Source: a virus
DNA length: 64,000 nt
Direction: 5' to 3' (one strand)
Virus record (IMG/VR): IMGVR_UViG_3300002141_000156
Coordinates: 1 to 64,000 of that record
The notes beneath the pieces were generated by a model. The model was not told the DNA's origin. It worked only from the letters and a program-made list of their open reading frames with translations, and searched no databases. Numbering within the stretch: the stretch's first letter is position 1; each line of letters starts with the position of its first letter. The position numbers were made by a program, and so were the translations under genes. Positions 47,901-57,700 of this stretch are shown one piece after another.

Positions 47901-48018
47901 TCAGTATACAAATGAGATTCAAAACCTTATTCGGGTTCTTGATAGAAAACAATACACTAAAGAGACTGAAACTCGATTAAACGATCGAAAACGTCTCTTA
48001 TTAAAGAGTCGAGCATAA
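44929..48018 (+). CDS. putative baseplate wedge / structural protein
   Basis: YIGTYRGLVNFINILGY, LKNEFLPINVKI, PKD-like segments (GKYRITIELYD; GDFTLSCDVFD). Confidence 0.6.
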   Translation: MVISNLNFFDKLGQNLNLQLNATTSVWEGKIYFKGISTYLFDNENLFMLEVVGPDYKFPVLSPNQSISFEWTNNKNRDQFFLYDVVKDLELDENFISKVESKVIRYSDIDQSNSLAPLDIKIPLQVNIAFSPTDEIIFERTLSIYLNDITKTKIAELYFYGEGIEEEKRFSDWATNFGIKFLKEDANILKDYDIKEAFPNLEALNSIRKQLLVNKDQIYPYIGTYRGLVNFINILGYRDTLQVKEYWTNINRTSSYFNKMLMVDLSDYLDDGKIDTLDLTDKNSGIRGGSQFKKTEFLAIVYQFTVATDTYDDDGVPIVVETTEFTVNEIFYKLNLLNAKLKNEFLPINVKIKDIIGEFIYFQKMTIGNWNDSTQIFDYDLNDPAEIIAYPGQDVNLTLRAIDPLYRQASTNGFDLGIGRINESAKNPFEFGQRYLTHADNAAVIEYIETFYNEIRTQRFPNLRSRLTWEFGDDPQRIIGAPVVLSIDLGRFTIDNLRGVKLEDLDAINIGIDPHWTLENIDFKNYYEVNWRITKESPNPYNFEHRGKIVDLYEIGHVLPYAGKYRITIELYDFYGHVSVFSRFVTVQDDMKPEIIGFARLEDKFEYSVSNLTNVQLQDFGASPLYYPKVNVLNNEDAAVKIDIYKNLLEWISFYKNRYGMGQNIYDAELYNTSTNTYIPYQDPAQNHPKKSYWGLGDGDTPITLNDFSGMQIDELYWLRLTDLIYLDDFEAGFYMRNPKPGDKIRMSLFSDYILPPFTTLEDLVQILNDSDHPGVKLFNYEIINGRHSDYQYIIHAQAEYLSKEMYHMLAYPGGGSPSPSPIFSPSPGGGSGFRGDEYTFFLPKKVFSKPAIDYLASLSPVFDVETMFLHAKTSDVLSGAVQDPSFWQDTHYWRFNNDVQTGYLPTTIDQNAFNITDIKLYEETFAVPENGIIFFVINNLDGKNDFIWKLKNTNTGEEIIRVKSVPFFIWKFKDLGDFTLSCDVFDNRNTQYTNEIQNLIRVLDRKQYTKETETRLNDRKRLLLKSRA

Positions 48019-48051
48019 AATTAATAAATAAAATAAAATAATTCAAAGAAC

Positions 48052-49023
48052 ATGGCATTTACACCTGTTTCGTTACCGATTCAAGAAATTCTCTTAACAA
48101 ATTTTGTTACAGATATTGCGTCTATTAGCAATGCAAATAGTTTGCTGCTTAAGGACAAATTAGAGGACGTGGTTAACCTATTAGAAATTGACTTGACGGC
48201 TATATCGATTGGTACAGACACCGCAATTAATTCAATTAAGACAAAAAATGTTATTATCCAGGAAACTGGCTTGATTTTCCAAACTGGAACTCCAAATCAG
48301 ATTATTGCACGACTTGAAAAAAATTCAAGCACACAGTCAGTATTTACAGTTGATAAAATCAATGTTAATATTGATATTGATACAGATTCAATTGTTGCAA
48401 ACTCAGTGACGGTAAATGATGCTTTAATATCAAATGGTCCTACCCTACTGACAAGTTCTCTGGAATTTAGTGCACAATTAATAGAATCAAAAGAAACAGT
48501 TACTGCAACCCTAACTAACACTGGGCCTATCGCTGAAGCTCGAATCACATTAACTAGTGGATCAAAGAAAAATATCCTAGTTAAGCTTAGCGCAGTTACT
48601 TCACCAAATTTAAACCATGTATATGACGGAGTTAGTGCATTTGCTGGAGGTATCACAAAATTTGTTTTATATGTTGACTTTGATGCCGTGAATCCACCAG
48701 CACAAAATAGTACATTTACAATTTCATTTGTTGACATTGTTGAAAATATTACATCAACAAGTATTTTAACTGCGGTTAATGGAAATAACATGCCGGTTGT
48801 TATTAGCGGTGGTCAAAATCTAAGCGCTCTTCCCACGCCGGTTCCAATATACCTACACGATGGCACATATGATATAGGTGTTAATCCAATAAGCACAAAC
48901 CCAATATTAAATAGTAATATCATATCTTATTATGGAAACAATGCGACATTCCTTTATATTCTTGATGAGAATACAGACGATCGTCTAATTGTTACAAGTA
49001 CAGTAGGAATGGAATTCTTTTAA
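48052..49023 (+). CDS. putative virion structural protein
   Basis: Beta-rich 323-aa ORF in the late operon; AATAAATAA at 48023-48031. Confidence 0.6.
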   Translation: MAFTPVSLPIQEILLTNFVTDIASISNANSLLLKDKLEDVVNLLEIDLTAISIGTDTAINSIKTKNVIIQETGLIFQTGTPNQIIARLEKNSSTQSVFTVDKINVNIDIDTDSIVANSVTVNDALISNGPTLLTSSLEFSAQLIESKETVTATLTNTGPIAEARITLTSGSKKNILVKLSAVTSPNLNHVYDGVSAFAGGITKFVLYVDFDAVNPPAQNSTFTISFVDIVENITSTSILTAVNGNNMPVVISGGQNLSALPTPVPIYLHDGTYDIGVNPISTNPILNSNIISYYGNNATFLYILDENTDDRLIVTSTVGMEFF

Positions 49024-49046
49024 TCTATAAAAAATCAATAGTCTAG

Positions 49047-51149
49047 ATGGCAGTTACCCCATTAATTAAACCAGTACAAAATAAGAAGGGTATTTTCTAT
49101 AACTTTCAAAGTGCTCTAGAAGACATCAATGTTACGATAAGTAACAGTGAAACTGCTGTGCGCTTCTCAAAGTTTGCCCTATTAAGAATACCAGAAATTG
49201 GTACTCCAAATACTCTTGCCACAGACAATAAAATTCAATTTTTAGCTCAAGGTGAGTCCAATATGATTGATGGAATCCATGTTGATGCAAATATTAATCT
49301 TGCAGAAAGCTTTCAGAACTATGCGCTTAACTTTGAAGCACTACTATTAAGCAGACCTCAATATAAAAGAGAAGAAAAGTTAACAGTTGGTGAGCGTGTA
49401 TTCTGGAAATGGCTAAAAGAGCTTGGAGCAATTCGTTTTCAAAATGCAAATGCACTCGAGAAAAATACAACAGCTCTAGGTACTGAAGCTAGATTTGTTG
49501 AAAAGCCAGAAACTAACTCAACATATAATCGTGTAGTAAAATATATTGCAGATATCGATGTTGTCAATTCATTAAAATCAAAAGACAATTCATATACTGA
49601 GGTTTATATCCATGTTCCAACAAATGTAGGAACTACTCCACATGTTCTCTTTAAGTCGATTACTGATGCAAATTACTTTCCAAACATGACTGTTGCAAAC
49701 AATGCAGCAGATCCGTTAAATATTGAATACTTATCGGGTAGAAAGTACAATGAAACCCATCCATTTGGACTTTCAATAAAGGCTTCATATGACTTAGATG
49801 ATGCAAGTGTTCTTGCTCAAATTAAAGATACTATTGCTGGAACATACGCTCCAGGAAATTGGTTTACTCAAACTATACGAAATTCATATTACACAGATAA
49901 TTACAATACAACTAGTGCATATAATGTTGCGGCAGATAAAGTAATTTCTAAACAATTTGGATTACGCACCGTTGAATATTTACGAACAAGCTTAGATGGT
50001 ATTTCATTAGATTTTGATCTAGCTAACTATAAGCTTGCTAGTGAGAATCCAGAAATAAAAGTATTTTCTCAATTTAACGACTATATTGCAAATAGAGATT
50101 TTGAATTTAATGCGATCCTAATTTATTATGATACCTATGACCCAAACAATTTAGATTCAAATGGAGTACCGCTAGATATCAGAACTAATTTATATGGAGT
50201 CCTATTTTTAGATAGAATACAACAGAGCGGTCTTGAATTCCAAATCCCAGTGATTCAAAAATTCAAGCCAGATCCACTAAATAAGATCAACGGTAATGCT
50301 TTTGCATTTAAGATGAACCTTAAATTAGACACTTCAATTGAAGATGTTCTAATCGAGCGTTCAATTAATGACTATTCAACCTTCTCATTAGAATTATTTA
50401 CAGATGTGTTAACACAATTCAAGCAATTACAGACAAAATATAACGATAAGTTATTGGAGCTTGACCAATTGAGTCAGAGTGTAGAAGGATTAAAGGACTT
50501 GCTAATTAATACAGAAGATCAAAATGAATTAAAAATTCGTATTACTAATCTTGAAACTGCTCTTGCTGCAAATTCCGCTATTTTTGATAATACAAATAGT
50601 ATGATGCAACTAATTACTAGTGTTAATCAAAGAGTTGATAGCATACTTACTGGAACCTCAAATATTACTATTTCTTATGCATTAGACACAGTTCGTCCAG
50701 GAGAAGGAATTATAATTGACCGTCGAACTCCAAATAGAATTCAAATCGCAAACGGCAATCAGCAGTATAATATATCAAACATGTCAATTACGAATATTTT
50801 TACAAATAATGTGGTTGAGTTAGGTACCTTTACAAATTATGTTGCTCATACAAATAGCGGTAACCAAATTGTTCTAACTCGAGACCTTCAAATTTTCATA
50901 AATGACACAACTACTGCTTGGAAAAAAGGTCAAAGTTTACGATTAGTGATAGATGATGAATTAGTAACTAGTGTATATAATATTAAAATATATACTGATG
51001 CAACAAATAAAATGAATTTAGGTGAATATGGCGTTTCAATTGCTATTTTAAACGATCTTGATTTCTTACCATCTGGTAATAAACCAATTTTTGATATTAT
51101 TTGTACTGATGATGCCTTGCTCACATTCAGAATTGATAAAATAAGATAA
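49047..51149 (+). CDS. putative baseplate/tail structural protein with coiled coil
   Basis: 700-aa ORF; FEFNAILIYYD...NLYGVLFL; heptad segment. Confidence 0.6.
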   Translation: MAVTPLIKPVQNKKGIFYNFQSALEDINVTISNSETAVRFSKFALLRIPEIGTPNTLATDNKIQFLAQGESNMIDGIHVDANINLAESFQNYALNFEALLLSRPQYKREEKLTVGERVFWKWLKELGAIRFQNANALEKNTTALGTEARFVEKPETNSTYNRVVKYIADIDVVNSLKSKDNSYTEVYIHVPTNVGTTPHVLFKSITDANYFPNMTVANNAADPLNIEYLSGRKYNETHPFGLSIKASYDLDDASVLAQIKDTIAGTYAPGNWFTQTIRNSYYTDNYNTTSAYNVAADKVISKQFGLRTVEYLRTSLDGISLDFDLANYKLASENPEIKVFSQFNDYIANRDFEFNAILIYYDTYDPNNLDSNGVPLDIRTNLYGVLFLDRIQQSGLEFQIPVIQKFKPDPLNKINGNAFAFKMNLKLDTSIEDVLIERSINDYSTFSLELFTDVLTQFKQLQTKYNDKLLELDQLSQSVEGLKDLLINTEDQNELKIRITNLETALAANSAIFDNTNSMMQLITSVNQRVDSILTGTSNITISYALDTVRPGEGIIIDRRTPNRIQIANGNQQYNISNMSITNIFTNNVVELGTFTNYVAHTNSGNQIVLTRDLQIFINDTTTAWKKGQSLRLVIDDELVTSVYNIKIYTDATNKMNLGEYGVSIAILNDLDFLPSGNKPIFDIICTDDALLTFRIDKIR

Positions 51150-51157
51150 TACACTAA

Positions 51158-54100
51158 ATGGAAGTCAAACATACACTATCCGATGTTTTAAAAAGACTCG
51201 TTGTTGATATCGACAACATGAATAGCTTTCTGTACAGTTTACAGAATATTCTTGAATCAAAATCAGAAAACGTAAATGTTAACCAAACTAAAAATGATGG
51301 TTCAATATACTCAATTAATGTTCCATCCTTCGGTTATTTAAAAGGAAAGATCGAAGATATTGATACTCGATTTGAGACCCTGCTTTCAACAAATAGCGAT
51401 GTTATTGGAATTAAATCAGCAAATGGCGAAGTTCGAAAATTTGAATTAAAGAAAACTTCTCAACTTTTACAAGAATTAGAAAGTGTTCAAAACTTAGCAC
51501 TGACTCTACCTACTGAATTTGGGGTTAAAAATAACTGGTTCTTTGAATCATTCTTAAATCCATTATTATATGTGAACTTAGATATTTCAGACATTTTGAC
51601 TGACGATATTGATAGCTTTGTAGTAAAGAGGCTTATTGTAAATGCAGTAAACAATGATGATATTTCTGCCTTCTTTGACACAAACTATAAAGGCAAAAAT
51701 AATATTAATTATGATGCTTTAAAAACAGATTTAGAAACAAATTCAATTGATTATTTTGAAGATGATAATGTAGTAGATGTTCAAATTGCAATAAATCGAT
51801 TTAAAGGATCATTTGATGTACTTCGTTTTCTTGAAGAAACCGTAGACCAGACATTAACTGATCAAACTGTTGCTGTTGTTCGTCGTCGCTATAAAATTAA
51901 TACTTTAAACTATACAGATGTTCTTTCTGGTGTTAAAAATAGTAAGCTCTTATCAGAAGGAGATATCTTAATCACTAATAATGATTCAGAATATAAAGTA
52001 GTGACTGTCAATAAAACAGATACTGAAGTCGTTCTTGAAAGAATCTTTGGAATTGATCCAATTACACTTGGTGCAAGTATTCTTAGAATAAAACCAGCAC
52101 CATATCGTGCTCCTGAATTACAAGTTAATGTAGGATTCAATGAGCGTCAAATTGTATTCATTCGCCCAATTAGCAAGGCTAAAAATTTAACAATCGATGA
52201 TTATTCAAATGGAGTCGCCGTTTATACAAATGACTTAACTATTCCATTACCGGACAATACTACTGCAACCTTAGCAAATTACTATACAAATTTTGTTGCT
52301 GATTTTGGATTAATTCTCCTTAATATGGCAAAGGAGCGTAAGTTGCCTGCGATTATTGCAAATACACCAAATACTCCAACGTTATCTGCTGCAAACTTTG
52401 CAGTTGTTCAAACAGATCAACATATTCAAGACGATAAAAACGTAACTCAGGTTAAAAATACAATTAAAGAAAAAGCTACAACTGAGAAGGAGATTCAGGA
52501 ATTAAACAAGAAGATTGATGATATTAAAGCAAATATCACAACTACTGCAAAAACTGATCAGGAAGCAAAACGTCTTAAAAAACAATTAACTGAGGTTCAG
52601 AAGACTAGAGATGAAAAAACAGTTAGTTTATCTACCGTTGTTACTAACCTTACTCTTCAGATCTCAACGACTCCACAATTTATTGTTCCTAAAAAATACA
52701 GCGTTCGCGGATTCTGGCAAATTCCTGATCCAGTTAAGTCAACATATGGTGACCAGGCAGTAGTCCAGTTTAAATATCGATATCGTTATTTAAGTCAAGC
52801 TGGAAATCAGCCAACTGCTCAGCAATATACATTTGTTGAAACTGATGGAACTAAGCGGTCTGCTTCATTTTCTCCATGGACAGAAAAATTATCTAAACCT
52901 AGAACTAAAAGCTTAGATACTACAACTGGTTTATATACATGGGACGTTGAAAACGTATCAGATTCAGATGTAGTAAACTCAAATCAATTAGATATTACAA
53001 TTCGTACGGGAGAAATTGTAGAAATACAAGTCAAATCTCTTTCTGAAGCTGGATGGCCAGACAACGCTGCCGAATCTGACTGGTCAAATTCAGTACAGAT
53101 ACCTTTTCCAGAAAGCGTATCATCCGAGGAAGAATCGTCAGTTCTTACTCAAAAGGCATTTGCTGATAAGACTAAAATCGACTTTGAAAAAAGCCTAATT
53201 GCTAGAGGACTTGATACTCACCTTGCAAATCAATTTACAACTGGTGAGAAATTCTTTGCCCACTTAGCCGAGGATATTTCTAGTGGATTTTACACAACTC
53301 AAGGTGCTGTAATTAATCTTTATGAACAATTAAAATCGATTAAAACTACACTAGATAGCGTACAACAGTCAATTTCACTAGACTCTGGGGTAATTAAAGT
53401 AAGTATTATTGATTCTTCTGGAAACACAACCGATATTTCAAATGGAGATACAATTAATCTTTTTGCTGGATATTATCGCGATCTTATTAAAGACACAACC
53501 GGTGGAACTACTGTTTATAATGAAGGACGTATTATTACAAAACAATACGTTATTTCAATTCAAAATATCTCGGCCACTACTCTTGAATTAATGTCATTCC
53601 TATTTGGTGGAATTGATGAAACGGCAACAACCTCTGATCCAGTTGCCAATCCAGATAGTGATTATCACCTAAATCGCCGATACGACCTAGTTCCAGTTGG
53701 AGTAAACAAGAACGTTGCTCCAATTATTGGTAATGTTAAACAAATTGCAAGTCAGCAATCAACACAAGTTAAGAGTCAATGGTTAACAAGTCGTATCCGA
53801 AATTATGGACTTTCGGAAGAAGTCTATGCTCCAAGCACACCAGCAGTGGACTTATTACCCTACTATTCTGCCGGATATGACTATACCCTTGGAACAACTG
53901 TTGGAACTACTCTAAATGTTCCAGTAAATTGGGCACATTATTTACCATTCGATCCTCAATATTCACCATATGGTTCGGTAAATAGCAAAGTATGGAATGG
54001 CACAACTAATGCTAGCGCAAATGGTGTTGGTGGAGGAACGCTAACCGAATTTTGTATTAGCAAAGATCATCCTAGTATCAAAACTATATGTTCTGCAAGT

Positions 54101-54739
54101 TTTCCACATCCTGGTTCTGGAAATATGTCAAGTGTCTTTAGGCCGGAGTTTGCCTCAGCAGTACCGACTACCGTTGATGCAACTGCTCCACAAAAAACCC
54201 TACCCTTTGCCCATGCAATACATTTTGAAACATCTGTACAGGATGATCTTAATGCATTTGGCATAAAATATTATAAACAAGCAACTCGAATTGCTCCAGC
54301 AACTCCTACTGATAATACTACATTGGAGGATAATCAATATCCTGTCAAATTAGGATTTACTCCAAATGATGAATACTTAATCGGTAAATATACCTGTGGT
54401 GCATACTTATACCTTTTCCCACAGGATTACGAATCAGTATCAGTACAAGGAAATTTCCCAGCAAGATCAGTAAGTCAAGTAAAGGTTGGTTCTGAGAATG
54501 CATTTAATATTCCGGTTCTATTCCAATTCAGATGCTCTGATAAATTAGGATTTGTTGGTGGTTTTAGAACCACTAGTACATTAAACAATATAAAATATCA
54601 GAAGAAGATTGGCCTTGATATTAATGTTAAAAACGACGTTCCTTTTTCGTTTGACCTTGAGGTAAGCGCGCAATATACTAAAGAAACATCACTAGATGCT
54701 CCACTAGTTCAAGGAAAAGGAAAAATTAGCACATTCTAA
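51158..54739 (+). CDS. large putative virion structural protein
   Basis: 1193-aa ORF, internal coiled coil, FN3-like segment (SEAGWP...SDWS). Confidence 0.6.
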   Translation: MEVKHTLSDVLKRLVVDIDNMNSFLYSLQNILESKSENVNVNQTKNDGSIYSINVPSFGYLKGKIEDIDTRFETLLSTNSDVIGIKSANGEVRKFELKKTSQLLQELESVQNLALTLPTEFGVKNNWFFESFLNPLLYVNLDISDILTDDIDSFVVKRLIVNAVNNDDISAFFDTNYKGKNNINYDALKTDLETNSIDYFEDDNVVDVQIAINRFKGSFDVLRFLEETVDQTLTDQTVAVVRRRYKINTLNYTDVLSGVKNSKLLSEGDILITNNDSEYKVVTVNKTDTEVVLERIFGIDPITLGASILRIKPAPYRAPELQVNVGFNERQIVFIRPISKAKNLTIDDYSNGVAVYTNDLTIPLPDNTTATLANYYTNFVADFGLILLNMAKERKLPAIIANTPNTPTLSAANFAVVQTDQHIQDDKNVTQVKNTIKEKATTEKEIQELNKKIDDIKANITTTAKTDQEAKRLKKQLTEVQKTRDEKTVSLSTVVTNLTLQISTTPQFIVPKKYSVRGFWQIPDPVKSTYGDQAVVQFKYRYRYLSQAGNQPTAQQYTFVETDGTKRSASFSPWTEKLSKPRTKSLDTTTGLYTWDVENVSDSDVVNSNQLDITIRTGEIVEIQVKSLSEAGWPDNAAESDWSNSVQIPFPESVSSEEESSVLTQKAFADKTKIDFEKSLIARGLDTHLANQFTTGEKFFAHLAEDISSGFYTTQGAVINLYEQLKSIKTTLDSVQQSISLDSGVIKVSIIDSSGNTTDISNGDTINLFAGYYRDLIKDTTGGTTVYNEGRIITKQYVISIQNISATTLELMSFLFGGIDETATTSDPVANPDSDYHLNRRYDLVPVGVNKNVAPIIGNVKQIASQQSTQVKSQWLTSRIRNYGLSEEVYAPSTPAVDLLPYYSAGYDYTLGTTVGTTLNVPVNWAHYLPFDPQYSPYGSVNSKVWNGTTNASANGVGGGTLTEFCISKDHPSIKTICSASFPHPGSGNMSSVFRPEFASAVPTTVDATAPQKTLPFAHAIHFETSVQDDLNAFGIKYYKQATRIAPATPTDNTTLEDNQYPVKLGFTPNDEYLIGKYTCGAYLYLFPQDYESVSVQGNFPARSVSQVKVGSENAFNIPVLFQFRCSDKLGFVGGFRTTSTLNNIKYQKKIGLDINVKNDVPFSFDLEVSAQYTKETSLDAPLVQGKGKISTF

Positions 54740-54743
54740 ATAG

Positions 54744-57700
54744 ATGGCAAAAGACTTAATATACACTAAACCGCTTAGTGCAGATTCAAGCTTCCAGCTG
54801 GTTAGAACTAACCCAAAATTAACCGGCAACGTTAAGATAACAATTAATGAAGCCGGAGATATGTGGTTAGATTCAATCAAAGCGAATCTTGAACTTGCAA
54901 AAGATGATTATTCACGGTTCCCAATAGACACTACCCAGTCACTGGCCGGAAATATGTATAAATTCTTTAAAAATGGTGAAACGCCAAACGAGATTATTTT
55001 TGGTTTAACAGAAAAAGTTGAAACTACTAAAACATCAAAGGATTTTAAAGATCAATATGATTTTTCTAATTATTTTAGTGGAATAAAATATTTTCCATCC
55101 AATAAGTATGATGAGCGACTTTCATATTTTGCTCCACTATATCTTAAACCGGAGATACCTAATTATTTTGTCATTTTAAAAATTAAGGATCCTTTAAATT
55201 CAAAAATAGATCTTTCAAAACAAAATTTTGAAACCGGGCAATCTAAATCAGAGTTTATTATCGACTTATTTAAGACTGCGACAATTATTAAAACCTTTGA
55301 CTTGAGTGAAAACTCAAAACCAGGCAAGTATATTCGTTCATATATTAATAGTACTAATTTTCCAGTAAGTCCACTAAGTGTATCATTTAGTGAAGACAAT
55401 TTTACTATGTGGAACGGAATTGTTGTTGGCTCTGGTATTCTTGGAAGTAAAGGAGAATTATTATACGATCAATACAAACAGTCAACTCCTCTAAAATTCT
55501 TTGAGGAAAATATTACTGGTGGATTTGAACGTAATGGTGTTATTTTTCCAAATATTCTAAATCTTGATTTTATATTCACAGATGATACTTCTGATAATTA
55601 TGAATTTAATCGATATTTAGGATTATATGTTGATACTTTAGAGTTATCAAAATTAGACATTGACTTGGCTCGACTTTATGATGAGCGTAGAACTTGGCCA
55701 AATACTCCACTTACTAATAAATTATATCTTGAATCAGATGATACTACTATAGTTCAATCAAATTCAGCCGGTGTTGTTATTCCATATAACAATATTGATT
55801 TTAACATGGCTGAATTTGAAGATATTTTTTCAGATTCAGAATCTCTATATTTTAATTATCTAACCGATCGCGATGGTAAATTACACTTACCTAAGCTAGA
55901 GCAGCCATATGCTGTTAATTATTCAGAAAAAGTATTTATTGAATTAACTTGTGATGGAACAACTGCAACAGCAATATCAAATATCCCACATGGATTTAAT
56001 ACGGATGATCTTGTTCAAATTACAGATACTTTAACTGGGTTAACTGGAAGTTATTTTGTCACTAAGATATCAGATAGTCAGTTTACTTATTTGAATACAA
56101 CTTCGACTCTACTAGTTTTTGGTTTTGCAGCAAAGGATATTGGAGCCGGTGTATTAACGCTAAGTGATGCAAAATTTGATTTTGCTCGACTATTCGGTCC
56201 ATCACATGACCTGTTTTTACAAGACACTGGATTCGCTAGTCAATCTGCTGGGTTCTCCCATTCCGTTATTACAATTAACTCAAATCTTGGCCAATTAGAC
56301 GAAATTCGATTGTATCATCCAAATGGAACAAATGTTGACACTAATGGAAAATATGACTATTATACTGCCGCTGTTGGATATTCACTAACTCCTAATCCTG
56401 GAGATTTTTATTCATATATTGATTATGATAATGTTGTTGGACATGATGTATTCTATTTTAATGCAGTCGGTCTAAAAAATGAAATTGCAAAAGCACTTGC
56501 CGGTGCAATTAATATTACGCGTAATCGTACATTCACTGCATATGCATTTAATGAATATGTTTTTATCAAGTGTAATGTTGCTGGAGAGTTTGATCAGATT
56601 CATCAATTATCATTTAGCTCACCTACTGCACAATACTCAGTTATTGATCTAGATGAAACTAGCGGGACCACTCTTGTTGGGACAATGTTCCAATTTAATG
56701 GAGGTTCTAAAGTTACAGGCAATCGTCTGATTGTCGATCGTGAACACATGGACAAGATTAATCAGGAGATTAATAATATCCTAATTAAAACAGGGGCCGG
56801 CTGGTCAAAGATTAAGAAAACTTCAGGATATATTGATTTAGTAACTGAAGAAAATTCGGTTACTGAGACTAAAATAACCTCTGCTCTTTCTGCATATTTC
56901 AATAAGTGCGCAATTGTTTTAGAAGACGCTGAGGCACCAAGCATTGCCTACACTGAATTTATTATGCGTAAAAAATTTAGACCGGCATTTGGACTACTTT
57001 CGCTATTTCCAATCAAAGATATTAGTTTTGATTTCTATAGCAGTGACTACTTAAATTTCCCAGAAATAGATTTTTACCAATATTATTACATACCTGAAGG
57101 ACTTGCGTTATTAACACCAAAGAGAGATTCCGCAGACGTAAAGTATACTCGATACTCTGTAATTAATAATGGAACTGCAAAAATTGAAGATCCTGCAACT
57201 CAAGCTACCTCAACAACAAGTATACTATTATCTAGTTTAATTGTTGGTGGTTCTATTACGCTTAATGTTGGAACCCTTGTGACATATGGATTTGACACTG
57301 GTTCCCAGGATCATTTACAACAGGTTAAAATAGAATACGATGCTGACAATTATTTTATTGCACAAGTTGACACACCTGTAGGGTATGACTCATTAACTGG
57401 CAATCTATCACTAATCGTACTTAGCCTGAAGTCAAATATACTGACTAGTTTATCTTCTTGGAATATCTATCAAGTTGCTTTGCCCGGAACTCAGAGTGAT
57501 CCTATCATAGAATTTACGGTGACTCAGCCGTGTCACTATTCAAATTATATAGGCGCCCCAATTATATCACAAACCACAAAATTTACCCTCGGTGATGTAA
57601 CTATGTGCCCAATTAAAGATGAAAACTCTGAGTTGCGCAATTTTGCAGGTTTCTCAATTTTAAAGGATCCAACTAAAGTTGTTGCGGCAGATGCCTCTGA

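Noticed and set aside
48370-48395. DTDS as polymerase motif C
   Set aside because: It occurs in a beta-rich structural-type ORF without YG context or motif B
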